The notes under the pieces were generated by a model. That model saw only the letters and a list, made by a program, of their open reading frames with translations. It was not told the DNA's origin and searched no databases. Source: Camelus dromedarius (Eukaryota). Taken from it: a DNA stretch of 64,000 nucleotides. A program made the position numbers and the translations under genes. The stretch's first letter is position 1. Each line of letters starts with the position of its first letter. The DNA lies in NCBI RefSeq assembly GCF_036321535.1, contig NC_087437.1, positions 100,938,001 through 101,002,000 of the forward strand, given 5' to 3'. This document shows positions 22,911 through 36,457 of this stretch, one piece after another.

Positions 22911-25900
22911 GAGCTGAATAAATGTGAAATTCATGGTAGTAGATTAGTCACTGGACACACGCACATGCTATTTGTAGAGAGTTCCTGACAGATCAACCTT
23001 CTACCCCCTGACTCAGGTCATTATTGAGGGATTTTTCCCGTTTTATGTAGGTGTAGACATTCTAAGGTAACTTTTATGCACAGGTATATATAAAGCCTAA
23101 TATATATATATTAATACATACATCTCTCTTCCCAGCCTCCCTGTATCCCTTTCTTTCTCTCTCTCTGTATGCATGTATTTCTTTATTGAAGCAATCACAG
23201 ATGTTGCAATCTTCATTATCTCACCCATGTGAAGTTATGCAATGTAAGGTAGTATTGATTTAACCTAAAGGAAGGTCCACTTGAACAAGGCATTATATGC
23301 CTACTTTTTATGGCCTCACGCTATTATCAGTGAACAGGAGCAGCCGCTGTGAGAGGAATTAAGTGTTTGTTTCTATTTTAAGGAAGTATTCTGGGTGGGG
23401 AAGATATTACTCAGGTGACCTAAACTTTATCTTTTTAAACATACCAATAATAACAAGAGGACCGGTTGCAATAACTGCATTCCTAACTGGAGTCCTATGC
23501 TTTGTGGGGAAATCAAGACTCTTCTCTGATCGTTAAAGTAAAGTTAACCATTGGAACTTCCAAACTTTGAAAAACCATGAGCTTAGAATTAAAAATTAAT
23601 TATTATAAAACCAAACTTGTTCTGAAGTGAACCAATTTGTCTAGCTCTGGCCAGTAAAACTGGCCAGAGATAAGGAAGTTCTAGATCAAGAGCCCTTAAT
23701 AAGCTGGAGTTGTGGCATTTTATAATGGGCTAGAATAACCCATAGCCACTTTCGTTTCTTCTTCTTTACTTTTGAAAGAAAACAACCATGTATTGCTCTC
23801 TGAAGTCCTTGCTGAAAGCAATTAGAAGTAAATAAATACATGTCATGGAATATATATGTATTTTTTATTTAACTGAATTCATACTAACTGTATTCTTAAA
23901 CACTTTACCCAGTAAATGAGAAATGGCACTGATGGAGGTGGGAGAGCTTCATTTTACTTATATTCTAGGAGAGGATTCTAATAGGCCAGGCCCTCCCATA
24001 CAACTAGAGCCTGGGGACTGACCCTTGAATTCGGGGATCCAAGAAGATGGAAGTATAATTACTGTTTCCTTCATTAGGGCTGTTGCAGATGCAACTGCTT
24101 TCAGAAAATTGAGTAGAACTTTGTTACATTGATTCTGAATTTATATAAGGGAAGGAAAAGAGAGCAAAACGAGTTCACGTGCTCTGCTCCAAGTACAGGG
24201 TAATAATATATTCAATATAAGATGGAAAACCAAGAAGATACAGTCACTTAGAAAATATATACAAAAAAATTTTTTAAAAGATGGAAAACCAGAAATTATA
24301 TACTTAGGTTCAGAAATGAAATCAGCATTTATAAATTCCCCTTAAACTATATGTCTTAAGTAATTATATCTCATATGCTCAAATAAATTATTAGAAGAAT
24401 GGCTTTCTTGAAAAAAGACATAAACTTATGAAGGACAGACTGAAATAAAATAAGCAGGTTGATGTGAAAGGGCAAATCATATGTCTTGAAGTTTTAAAAA
24501 GTTACTAAAATAAAATGGAACTTGCCGTATCAGATAACAGAACTCATTACACAGTTATAATAATAAAGAGGGAGTGATATTGGTCCAGGAGTAGAAAAAT
24601 CTCTCAGTGGAACAGAATAAAGATCTCACAAACAACTTGATTTGTATATGGAAATGTCATGTATCAAAATGACAGTGTTACCAACAGATACAGAAAGGAT
24701 CAGTGGGTCAGTGGCTTATTCATCTCGGGATAAATAAAATTAGATCCTTATCTCACACTCTGAAGGAAAATAAATTCCAGGTGAATTAAATATACAGAAA
24801 AAGTATAGAAAAATGTTTGCAGAAAATGTGGAAAGATGTTTTTCTGTTATAGGATACTAAAGGAGTTTTTTTTTTTTTTTTTTTAAGCATTAAAAAGTAA
24901 AAGGATGAAGTAGGGAAGGAGAATAATGATAAATTTAGCCAATAATAAGACCAACAGTTTTTTAAAAAAGATATAAAAAATATAGTAAAAACTCGAGACA
25001 CAAAGTAGATTGTTTCCTTTTTTAAAAATTGTGTCTTTTATTTTGGCTACAACAGAACAGAATTAAGACAAAGATTTTATGAGTTTCTCAAATGTATTTG
25101 GAAGGCAAGCCAAGGAAAGTCCATAAGAGGAGTTGGGAAATGAAAAGTCGGGGGAAAAGAAGCCAATAAAAGCTGTGTAATCAAACCAGGAACCACCATG
25201 GCCTCAGGAACATAATCCTGCTGGGGAATGTGAGAGACGCAAAGAAAAGTCCTCAGAGTTCTCCCAATTAATAGGCAAGGAAGCAGGGATTTTTATTCAC
25301 CAAACAGCCTTGCTCACTGGTTGAGAATAATTTCTGGGATTTTAATTCTCCTACTTTCAGCTCTCCCTGTGTATGGGTACAACATTCATGGAAAGTCAGC
25401 ATGCAGAGATGAATCAGAGCATATATGCGGAGGACTCTGACAGTTTACAACTGAAAAACATTTTTCAGAATTCAGAATTTCTACTAATTAACTAACAAAG
25501 GACAAACAGCAGATAATTAACAAAAACACAAAACCAAACAAGTAATAAAGGAACAAAATAGAAGCACACAAATGTCTATAGGTGCACAATTTTAGTAGAT
25601 GGTCAACTTCAGTAGTAATTATGGAATTCCGACTAAAATTAAAAAATGAAATGTTATTGCCTGCAAGTATACTAGCAACAATTAAGTCCATATTTAAGCG
25701 GTGGCATTTATCACTTGTGAGAAAGAAAATTCAAATAATCATAATGAAGAGCGATTTGGTAATAGCTACCAAAAAATACACACATACAATTTGACGCCCA
25801 AATTTATCTTAGATGCAGGCAATGAGACAATACTCATTACAACACTATTTTAAGCCCCACAAAATAGACAAACCTTGTGTCCATCAACAGGAAAATGAAT

Positions 25901-26046
25901 TGTACTGTTTTTATATAATAAAATACTATACACAAGTTAAATGTGCAAGAACTGAAGCTGTATTTACCATTCTGGAAATAATAAACTTTTACACATGTAA
26001 ACATGTTGTACCCCAGGATCTGGCCCTGCCCACCAGCAGATAGTTA

Positions 26047-26060
26047 GATAGATAGATAGG

Positions 26061-26120
<60 letters not shown>
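26047..26120. repeat. (GATA)n tetranucleotide microsatellite
   Basis: About 18 units with one GGTA interruption. Confidence 0.95.
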
Positions 26121-26355
26121 ACATTCCATCCAATAGCAACAGAATACATATTCTTTTCAAGTGCACATGGAACATTCTTCTAGGACAGATCACATGCTAG
26201 GCCACAAAACAAGTCTCATTAAATTTAAGAAGATTGAAATAGAATCAAGCATATTTTCTGACCACAATGCTACGAGACTAGAAATCAACTACTATGTTGT
26301 ACACCTGAAACTAATAGTAATATTATAAGTCAGTTATATTTCAGTAAAAAAAACC
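26121..26355 (+). mobile_element. L1 endonuclease-domain fragment fused to an L1 3' terminus
   Basis: acattccatcc...caagtgcacatggaacattc...ctgaccacaatg...ctagaaatcaactac is L1 ORF2 EN sequence; it is followed by atgttgtacacctgaaactaat...A-run. Confidence 0.85.
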
Positions 26356-26667
26356 AAGAAACAAGTTTCAGAAGGATATATGCACTGTTACACTATTTAA
26401 GTCAAAAAAGAAAATAACTGGTTTAGTAATGCAGTTGTTGTAATAAAAGTTTATGTAGGATTGATAAATAGAAAATTCAGTGTGGTGATTGCTTCTAAGT
26501 AGGAAGGGAATTGGAGAGTATAGGAGTGGAATACCAACCAAGGAGGTTTCAACTGTATTTGAATTGTGTCATTCTTTTAAAATTTTTTAAATAAATGAAT
26601 CAACCATGTTAACTTGACAGAGTTAGATGTTTAGGACATATGAGTTAATAGTTTTCTGCATTTTCCC

Positions 26668-26669
<2 letters not shown>

Positions 26670-26735
<66 letters not shown>

Positions 26736-26742
26736 GAGAGAG
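26670..26742. repeat. Compound (TA)n(CA)n(GA)n microsatellite
   Basis: Seen directly. Confidence 0.9.
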
Positions 26743-27193
26743 AGCACAAGAAAGAGAGAAAGAAAAGGGAAGCATATGATTAAAGTCCTTGTGATATTAG
26801 TTTTCATCTTTGAGGAATGTAGAAGTTACAGAATAACCCCTCCCTACCCCACTTAAGTCAAAGTAATTGAATATCTATAGCAGAGTAAAACATTTATTTT
26901 AAACATATACTTAAAAACTTAGCCATAAAATCTAGAATGATCTAAATGAAGTAGAAACAAAGAAGAAGAAACAAATATCTGGCTTGTGAATGAAGATATC
27001 CATAGCTCTGGGTAGGGAAGCATCCTTAATGCTCTTAATGAAGCTTTCAATGAGGAAAGCAAAATTGTGACCCTTCAGTAATGAGAATGACATATTCCAG
27101 TTAAGTGAATAATGAAGTAGGAAGAGACTTGAAGATAGTGGTAGATAGAGTAGGTAGAGTTTGAACTTTTAGAGATTCCTAAGGGAGGATTAC

Positions 27194-27779
27194 TGTGGGA
27201 GCCCATGACTGGGTTAACAAATTGTAACAGATCCCAGCCGCTTATCTCCTTAAAGAAGATGTGCTTAGTAACTGCCTTGAGGTTTTAGCAATGACCCAGT
27301 CCCCAGGCTATAAACGCTGGGCATGCCTGCTGTTAGTCTTCTATCTGCAAAACAGCCTTGGGATGGAATGGTAAACAACTTATAGAAAACTGCAGACTCA
27401 GAGGTGAGAAGGCTGGTTAGCCAATGATGGGTAAGATCCCCTGAGGGGGGCAACCTAAGGCAGGAACAGCCGCCTGAGTCCAAGTTGTTAAGCAGCTGAT
27501 TCTCATACATTCCGCCCTGATAAGGCTCAACACAAACAAAAAGGGTCTTCTGATCTTGAGGCAAACACCAACAATAAACAAAGCCTTTGTACTCATTGTG
27601 ATCCCACTCTGTCCTTCCCTAAATTCCTGCATTCCTCTTTTGACTATATTCAATAAATATGGGAGATTTGAGAGGCTCGTGGAGTTGGCTCCCGACTCCC
27701 TCTCGCTCTCTTGACTTTTCCACAGAGTGTTAAGTAATTCATTCCATCTCGTTGGGACTTCTGCTGGCCAGAACCCACA
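27194..27779 (+). mobile_element. Solo LTR (586 bp), probably ERVK/betaretrovirus class
   Basis: Termini TGTGGG...CCCACA; flanks GATTAC 27188-27193 / GATTAT 27780-27785 (6 bp TSD, one transition); GC/CpG-richer than its flanks; orientation inferred. Confidence 0.82.
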
Positions 27780-28559
27780 GATTATGATGATTTTAGCCTA
27801 TAATAAACAAAAGGATAAAAGTAGGAAAACTAAGAAAATTAAGAGTCCATAAGCTCTTGTTAATATGATCGAATCAAAAGAATCAGAGGGTTAAGAATTA
27901 TGGTGCAAAACATAATCTATTCATTTGCTCAACCAATGTGTGATTTTAACTCTGACTTTCCTAAGTAGCTGAAGGAATTGCAGAGTCTCTAAAGATTAAG
28001 GCCCTGAGCATTTATAAGACATTTCTTTTTCTATGCAACACAATGTGAGAAACCCCTGATACCTTTCGTCTTTAAATAATTTCCTGTGACTAGGCTTTTA
28101 TTGGACAAATTTCTTGAATAAAGTTTAAGTTAAAAAAAGAACTAACATAAAAAAAGAAAAATCAATATTTCTCATCAGGAATACTTCTGGAGATTCTACG
28201 ATTTTCTCTCTGAAAATGTGTCCAAATTCCCCAGTCAATTAACCTTAACTTACCCTATGATGCATGGTTCAAACGTGACAGAGCTGTATGAAATACACAT
28301 TTGCTCATCTCCAAGGCTAGCTATTTCTTTCCTTTGAGTTTTCACATAATTTTGACACATTAATACCTAATTGGTAAGACTCTTAATACCTTAAGTGTTG
28401 CAAGAGGACCGTAATCCTTCTTTGTGCAAGGTCTGAGAACTATTTTATAAATATCTCATGTCATAAGAAAGGGAGGGAAAATAAGCCTTCAAATATTATT
28501 AAATATTTTTGTCAATAAGACTCCTTAGATACTATAATCCCAGAGATTTGCTTGGTAGA

Positions 28560-29540
28560 TATTGCTAGATATTGTTCTTTAATTGTTTTGACAACTGAAG
28601 AAAAATTTATATATAAAAATGTGGAGCAGTATCACCCTTTCCTCAGAAGCTTGCAGGTATCCCTCCACTATTCTCTGGACTCAAGTATTGAACTAGACCT
28701 CTTTTATGGCAGCTCCGTTCATCTTTGATTGTGTGTGCATCATCGTCAACCAGTTTTTCTCTGTGTGTGTGTTATTTTAGGGCTAATGGAGTCTATATTC
28801 TCTGAGTTTATTCATATGTGAGAAACCTTCCTCTTTCTTTTATACTTGAATGATACTTTACTGAGGATTATGTACATGGGCCAACCATAAGTTAATTGTT
28901 TTTCTTGGAATGCTGAAGATATTTTTCTAATATTGGTTTTCTGACACAGAACACAATTGTGAAAATGGCTAAAGCTAATTCTATACCTTACTTTTGTATG
29001 TGACATGTTTTATATTTCCTTGAATGCCTAGAGTATTCCTTTTTCACACTTGAAGTTCAATAGGAAATAAATTGGCATTGATTATTTTGAATTGAGTTTT
29101 CTTGGAATGTTGAGTACCTTACGCAATGTCCCCTTCCTCTTAAAATGAACATTCCTTTATTAAAATTTTGAAAGTTTTGGTTGTTCAATTTACTAGATGT
29201 CTTCTGGGGTTGGAGTCCAGTTTTTCTTGGTTGGATTCTGTTAGTTCTGTCTTTATATTTATATATTTCTCCTAATTATCACCATATCTGTAACTCCCTC
29301 ATGCATTTAAATTATATGCAGTGTTCAACTCTGTTTTTTTTTTTTTTGTTCTCTGCTGCATCTAATTTACTGCTAATTTGTATAATGCTCTTGATTCAGA
29401 TTGCAGTTGGTTTTCTGAGTTATAATTTTTCTCTTTTAATCTAATTTCATGTTTTATTATCTTATTGAATTATTATTGTCCTGAACTTATTTTCTTATTA
29501 ACTGATCTTATAATAAATAGTACTGTAGAAAACTTCCCTT
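28560..29540 (-). mobile_element. Ancient L1 (L1M/L1ME-like) fragment, antisense
   Basis: T-rich degenerate sequence with ctccactattctctggactcaagtattg-type antisense L1 motifs; boundaries approximate. Confidence 0.5.
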
Positions 29541-29792
29541 TGGTTGAATTTGCTTTTAGATAAGAGTCAGATTTTGGGGGCAACATTTTATATACTTTTC
29601 TCTTCTCCCCCCCTCCCTTGCCTCTTTCCTTCAGAGGTATATTTGCATGGCTGCCCTGCTATTTCTTTTTACTTGGTTTCTGGTTCACTTAGACCATCCT
29701 GCTTAGGCTCTTTCCCATGGCTTTCCCATAGAGGAGCTGAATTCTCCTTGCATCTCTATGAACTCCAGTTTGAAGAGTATATAGGATGTGTA

Positions 29793-29824
<32 letters not shown>

Positions 29825-32800
29825 CTTTTCTGTAAACTGAGGGGTTGGAGGAAGGTGTTGAGGGAAGAGAATGAACTCATGGGTGGCTAAATACAACGTT
29901 TGTATGACAGGTCATATTCCCTTCTCTCTTTTGCAAATTTGTCAAACACCCTGTGCCAAGGTTAGTACATAGTTACTAACCATATTAGTACAAGGGGGTT
30001 TATTCTGCTTGTGAATTTGCATGAGACACCGACTGCACTGCATACTATTTCCTACAAGTTGATGAGGAGCAAAGAGAAATCACAAGGCCCTGTGGTTTTC
30101 TCTCATCTCCACTGAGATCCCCTAGTTGTCACTGGCCACTAGGGCTCACTAGTCTTGAGATAGTTTCTCCTTTTTCTCGGGCAACTGACACCAATATGAC
30201 CTGCTTTTCTGCAAATTGCAAAGTATTAATGAAAATTAGGATGTTTTTGAGTTCTTTTCAGCAACATTGATGGGGAGGAGACAGTTTGTAGGTGATTGAT
30301 AGAAAAAAGAGCCACATTAAGCCTCATAACATTCTTGCTATTGGACAAAGCATATGTCATGAACTTTGTTTTTGTTGTTGTGTTCTTATTTTTGTTTTTT
30401 GGTTATTCTTCTTGTTTTTCTTTTTTGCTTTTTTGCTGCTGGTGGCTTTTTCACTAGCTTATAACTAGTTTATAACTTATTTAATTAGATTCTAGAGAAG
30501 GATGCTTTAAGCTTCAGCTTTAATTCAGATTTTACCCACAAGTCTATTCAATATGATTTCTAAAAACCACAATTTCATTCATCTAAAACTGTACCAAAAA
30601 TTAATTTAGATGTCATATCAAAGCTTCCTGGATCTGAAAAAGTCTGGGTACACAATTGTAGTTAGTTCATTTATGAACAATATATTCAGCTGAATACTAT
30701 TTTACTAAAGGATACACACATGAAAACTGAAAATGAAGAGAATAAAATCCTTTTAATTAATAGTAATCTGTTGATCATTTGATCAAAGAGTAGTTGGATT
30801 CTTCTAATACTTTTAGGTTGATAGTAAAACAAAATCCCTAACATGCGGAAATACTCTATTTGAATCACAAAAAATTTACCCTTGACTTGCTAAAAATGTG
30901 TTTACCATTCAAAGAAGATGATGTGATGTTGTGAAAAATGCACTAGACATGGAGACAGAAGACCCACCTTCACATGTAGGCATGGACCCTTATATGCAAC
31001 CCAGAGCATTTCACTAAATCTTTTTGAGCTTCCATTTGCTCATCTGGAGAACAAAGTTATTGATCTTAAAATCACTTTCATGTCTAAAATTTCATGAGTT
31101 TATGATTTTTATGTTCCCTGCCAAAAGAAAAGATATGATTAATGTCTCTTCATGTTAAAAAGTCTTTGTTTCCCAGATTTCTTTCAAAGATTCACCTCAA
31201 AATCACCTACATGAGACAATGTCTTTTAACACACTGTCTTAAGATCTTTTCCTTCATCTTTCCTACTGGACTTTCATTCCCGTTGCAGCTTCTTTTTATC
31301 CTTCTCTTGTCTGACTGCAGTGAAGCCATATTTACTTTCCCTTTGCTAATGCAAATTCTGCTTCCTAACTCTTCATCCTTTGTTCCCGCTCCACACGGGG
31401 CTTCGGACCTTGCCGTATGAAAGTCACTCTCACCAGGCATCTCACCCTAATCTACTTTTGTCTGTAAAGTGGATTATGAAACTTTTGAATCAAAGGCATT
31501 ATACCAGAACATGCTGAACTGCATAGCACTTAACTGTTCCATAAGAGAACTCTATTCATGGCAGTATTCAAAAATAGACCTGTATTTCAGGAAAGAAAAA
31601 TGAACCAGGCTGGGAGAGATTGGTTTTTCCTAGTAGGGGTTACCACACTTTTTATATCATCTTAGTTGGTTAGTAGGGAGCTTTGAAAAAATATCAGCAT
31701 GTTCTTCCCTATCGTTTGCTAGTTTAGGTCATTTTCAGAGAAACCCCCCATGTATCCAGAATCCTAACCAATTCACAACCCCATGATTTTGTATTGTTGT
31801 GGCAGCCACATCTGTAGCTCAGGATGGATTTATCCTCTCACCATGTTACTTTTTAACTTTAATCATCTTAGTGCCTGGAGGTCAAAAGATTTTTTGATAT
31901 TGAAAGGGAGTCAGCCTACTTGTCAAAGTTTCTCAGTGCTTTTTTATCTAATTGCCCTGCTAGCATCACCAAAGTCTTACATCAAGCTTTTACTTTTCCC
32001 ATACAGTAAGTTTCCCACATCAACTTGCTAAAGCAGTTTTCACTGTCTTGTCATTAAAACAGTTCCAGAAAGCTCGTCTTCTTTTCTTTCTTAACTGCAA
32101 GAACAAAGATAAGATCCAATTAAGAGATCATCCAGTTAAGGAAACTGAAGTTCTTGGCCTTGATCTGGGCTTCAAAATCCTCATGTAAAATTCTGCACTT
32201 CATTTTAATGACTGTGTCTTTTTAGATATCACCCAAATAAATCCTTTTGGTACTATTTTTTTTTTTTACTAGATAAATGCACAGCTTCTTCATATGGATT
32301 TTATTTACTTCTTTATTATTGTCAGTTCTTCAATGAACACGGTCAGGTAGGTAGTAAGCTTTTGCTAAAATAATGTATTATAACAAGAATTATGTGTTTA
32401 ATGATGTTTCTTGCTGCTACTGATAAGAGACGAAACTATTTACATTGAAAATAAAATAACTGGCAGTAACCAGGAATGTAGCTTTGAAGTTATTATTTTA
32501 AGATGACAAAGTCAATGATAGAGGCATGAGATTGGTAAAGTTGGTTAGACACAAGGAATTAAGCAGGATAAATATAAATTAATTGAGATTTCTTCCATTT
32601 GGTCATTGGGGTGACCACATAAGCTAAGAAAAAATTTATATAAACATAACTCTGGTGGAGATGACTCTCTCCCTGTGTTCCTTCTCCCTCTGTCCTTTTT
32701 GTGATGGAACTCCCTGAGTTTTACCCGTGAGCCACCAGAAACATCCGTCTTTCAGTTTGGACGTGGTGATGTGTTTGATTTCAGGAGGGTGGGATGAGAG

Positions 32801-34729
32801 AAAGCTGCAGGTGCAACCTCTGGATTACCTCTTTAAGGAGCCTTGCTGGAATTTTCTTCTTTCCTCCTGGAAGCTATAAAATGGGAAAAAGTAGTGGTCT
32901 TGGAAGTTCCTTGTGAATAGCAGAGCCAAACCACATGCCCTGGCCTTTTATATCTGCGCTAATAGTGAGAGGAAAACAAGCATCTGTTTTATTTAACCAA
33001 CCTATTACTTCCTTACCTCACTTCTACAGTAAACTGTAACTATTGGATTTTGATGAGGAATTTAAATATAATTCATGATGCACTTCTCAAAGATTTTAAA
33101 ATATCTTTAGAAAGTGCTTACTTGTGTGTTTGAAAGTAGAAATTCTTTAATTATAATATTTTAATGACTTTATTTTCTTTTCCATGAGTAAGTATTCCAG
33201 TGTCAGAATGTGTTAGTTCTGAGCTTAATAGACTGCCACTAGATTATTAAGGTATCATGGTCATTTGTCTTCTTGGTTTCTTTAAAAATTTTTCTAATTC
33301 TTATAACTTTAAAGTGTTTATACTCCATATTAACCTTTAATTTTCCAGAACTCCTAGATTAAAATTCAGATCATCCTAAATATCTTTTGGACAGTGGAAA
33401 CGTGTGGACGTACTGTTAATATAAGGCATTTGTTTTGAGAGCCTGGTTTTGCCATCTCCCTAGTTTGAAGGACATTGGGTCCCTATGATTTATCCATGTC
33501 ATTCACAAAATAGAGATGATATTCTTTAGTTTGTGAAGTTCTAATATTTGGCCAACATGTGAAATCCTTTGATAAAGTCACAAACTATTTGCAGCGTATT
33601 CTTAAGCTTTTTAAAAATGTCTTTTGTTTTTGACTTTAAAATATCCAGAGCTTTTGACTTTCTTTATCTTGTGCTATTGGACATGATAAGCTCATTCATT
33701 CAAGAATATAAACACTTCCTATCCTGCTGATACCTCGGGTGTACTTATCTATCTTGGACACATTTTCTATGATCTTTATTTTGTTTTAACGAGGTTTTAA
33801 GACATTAGTTCTGAAGACAAAGCCTGCTTTTATTAGGTTTATTTGGAGTAAACCATGCCAGCCAACTTTCTATTTCTTTGAAGATAATGGTAAAATGATC
33901 ATATCAATGCACATTTTGGTTAATTGTAAGATTAATGTTTTTGTGTAAGGTAGCAGTTTGAACTGAGATTGGATATAGAATAAACTCTAATAAAAAAAAA
34001 ACATGTTGATTCTAACATTTCAGCCAAGGTTCGTATATAACTTCTCAAAAAATAGTGTCAAGATTTTGGACTTGTTAAGCCTAATCATCATCTATTTGAC
34101 ACTTCTGCTCTTAGATTGTTTTACCCTTTTCACCAAAAATATGTTATTAAAAATTCAATTAAAAAGTCTCCGATTTGTGAAGGTGAGAAGACAGCAATAA
34201 ATCCTTCCAACATTTTACATAATCCTACTATTGTCTCCCTTATATAAAAAGTTCTGCCACAGCAAATAAGCAGGTGCTATGACAACCCCATTGAGAACTC
34301 TGGAGATAAAGAATAAACAGAGATGCTGTAGAGAGATCTCAAAATACAGTTGCGTAATTAAAATCTGCAATTAAAGCATGCAATTAAAATAGCTAATTTC
34401 TTTTCAATAGCAGAAGACTACTTAGAAAAAACTATTTTTGGAAACATTTTAAGGTTCCTACTACTTAATTTAGCATCTATGCTGACCAAGGTTTTGTTAC
34501 TTCACAATTCAGTTAAATTAAGCTTAATAACCCTGTGATAAAAATAGACCCGAACCCCTCAGATGTCTGTATCCTCTAGATGTTTCTGATCTAGAAAATA
34601 AAATAAACCTCTTAGTGAAATGATCGAAATAGATTGTCAGGAACTAATGTTGCTCAATGCATATTGGTCCATACTATGAAAATAATTAGGAGAATATTGT
34701 TATCATAAGCAGTTCAGTCAGAACTGCAA

Positions 34730-34912
34730 CCTACATGCATATAAACACGCACACGCACACCTATTCACATGTATATCCACACACATAAAAACAGACACAC
34801 ACAACCACTAATTGTGATTAGAACTAATCACACATACACATAACACATACTCAGAATCACATACACATTCATACAAAAGCAAAACACACGTATATTCACA
34901 CACACAAACATA
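34730..34912. repeat. Degenerate CA-rich low-complexity tract
   Basis: Interrupted (CA)n/(CATA)n runs. Confidence 0.8.
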
Positions 34913-35869
34913 ATTGGAATATAATTGCCAAAGTGCTGTGTACTTTTCATGAGGAATTTGTTAGAAAAAATTTAAAAGCTGATCTTCCCTTAGCAGAGTT
35001 GTTGTTGGGAGATGTTGAGCGTGCCTAGCAATGTAAGAAAAACAGTCACTTGGCATCCTGGTCTCTTTCTTCAGCAAAAAGGGAATTAACTGTGCTATTC
35101 ATTTGTTCTCTCAGTTATAACCAATTAAGGCAAAAGAAATGACACCTTCTCTCCACCTCTCCCAAACACACCCTCCTCTGTGGGTTCATTTCATCCATTA
35201 ATTTCTTTAATCTTTAGTACCAGCTGGCAAACTATACCCAAAATAGAGGGTCTAAGGGATACCCTGCTTCTGTGGATCATACATGAGGGAGTTAAGTCCC
35301 TTCTTCTGAAAAGTGTCCTGTGGTATTTTCTGCATCTCTTACCATTTTTACCTGTAGTGGCCAACTGGAATGCGAATGTCATTCTACACCCAAGGAGGTA
35401 GAATCCTAATGATTTTATAGCCATGAAGCTAGAAACGACAGTGGCCACATCTTTGGGAGAGTGGAATTATCCTCCTGTGTATATCAGATGGCTAGGCTAT
35501 ACCTGAAGCTTGAGCCAAACTTCCTGTGCTTGGGGGCTGCTGTAGATGTGGCCTCTTGCTGATGCAGGGAAAATGGCACCCCCTTGATAGTTATAAAATA
35601 GTGCAGCTGCTACATACAGCTGTATGTTTAGTTTCCAGGAGAGTATACTCTCATTTAAGTACTTTGCAATAAACCTGACCAATCTCTTCTAGAAAACATT
35701 GTTGAAATTGGAACCAGCAGGAAAGGAAAATGGGTTGACTATGGGCTGTTTATTGAGTGTATGCTATCAGTATATCTAGATCTAAGCCAAAGCAACAGAA
35801 TTCCCACCATTTGTGATTGTAGAAGACTGCATCATTGAAAAAATATTATTTTACTACCCTAGTCAAAAG

Positions 35870-36212
35870 TGTCCTTCTCTGCTCCATTGATATCAAGCTT
35901 GACCATGACCCTTGTAGTGTTCCTCCTAAAGTAGAAAACACATCCTGCCATGTTGTGAGCTTTTTTTTGACTAATGAAACGTGAGTAAAAACAAGTCATT
36001 ATTTTTCCCCTCTGCAATGAGAAAAGCAATCTCCCAGATAGGGCTGCTCTGTCAACCTGGACCACAAAATGAAGATACCATGAAGCAGAGTCACAGCTGA
36101 CCAACAGTAGGCATGCAACATGGGCAAGAAATGGATGTTCGTTGTTGTGTGTCACTGAGACCTGAGAGTCATTTTCTTATGCAGCATAACTTAGCCTATC
36201 CTGACTGACAAT
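35870..36212 (+). mobile_element. Old MaLR (MLT1-like) LTR fragment
   Basis: 3' end gtcactgagacc...ttatgcagcataacttagcctatcctgactgaca. Confidence 0.65.
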
Positions 36213-36457
36213 GAAATCGTGGAGATATGTATGAGCAAAGGGAGAGGAGAAGGGTGCTGTTCTTTCTTAAACATCAGACTAGAAGTCACAAATCTAAAGT
36301 TCCCTTCTTGATTTTGCTAATAATGTTAACTTAAACAACTTAACTGAATCCCTCAAGTTTTAGCTTCTGCATTTATAGAATGAATGGTTTGGAAGAGGCA
36401 ATGTTAGCCAGCTTTAGCATCATTGAGTTTATGGTAAGATAAACAGGATTGCTAAAG

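Larger units (their letters stand above)
24380..26660 (+). mobile_element. Ancient L1ME-like remnant (ORF2 end and 3'UTR) interrupted by an ERVL/MaLR-like LTR (~25040-25440) and a younger mosaic L1 (~26003-26355)
   Basis: Degenerate motifs cagtggaacagaataaag, aaattagatccttatctcacac, tgtccatcaacaggaaaatgaa; boundaries approximate. Confidence 0.6.

Noticed and set aside
27265..27653. Minus-strand ORFs inside the solo LTR (possible sag/rec-like accessory gene)
   Set aside because: Short, antisense to the inferred LTR orientation, and no similarity I can recognise
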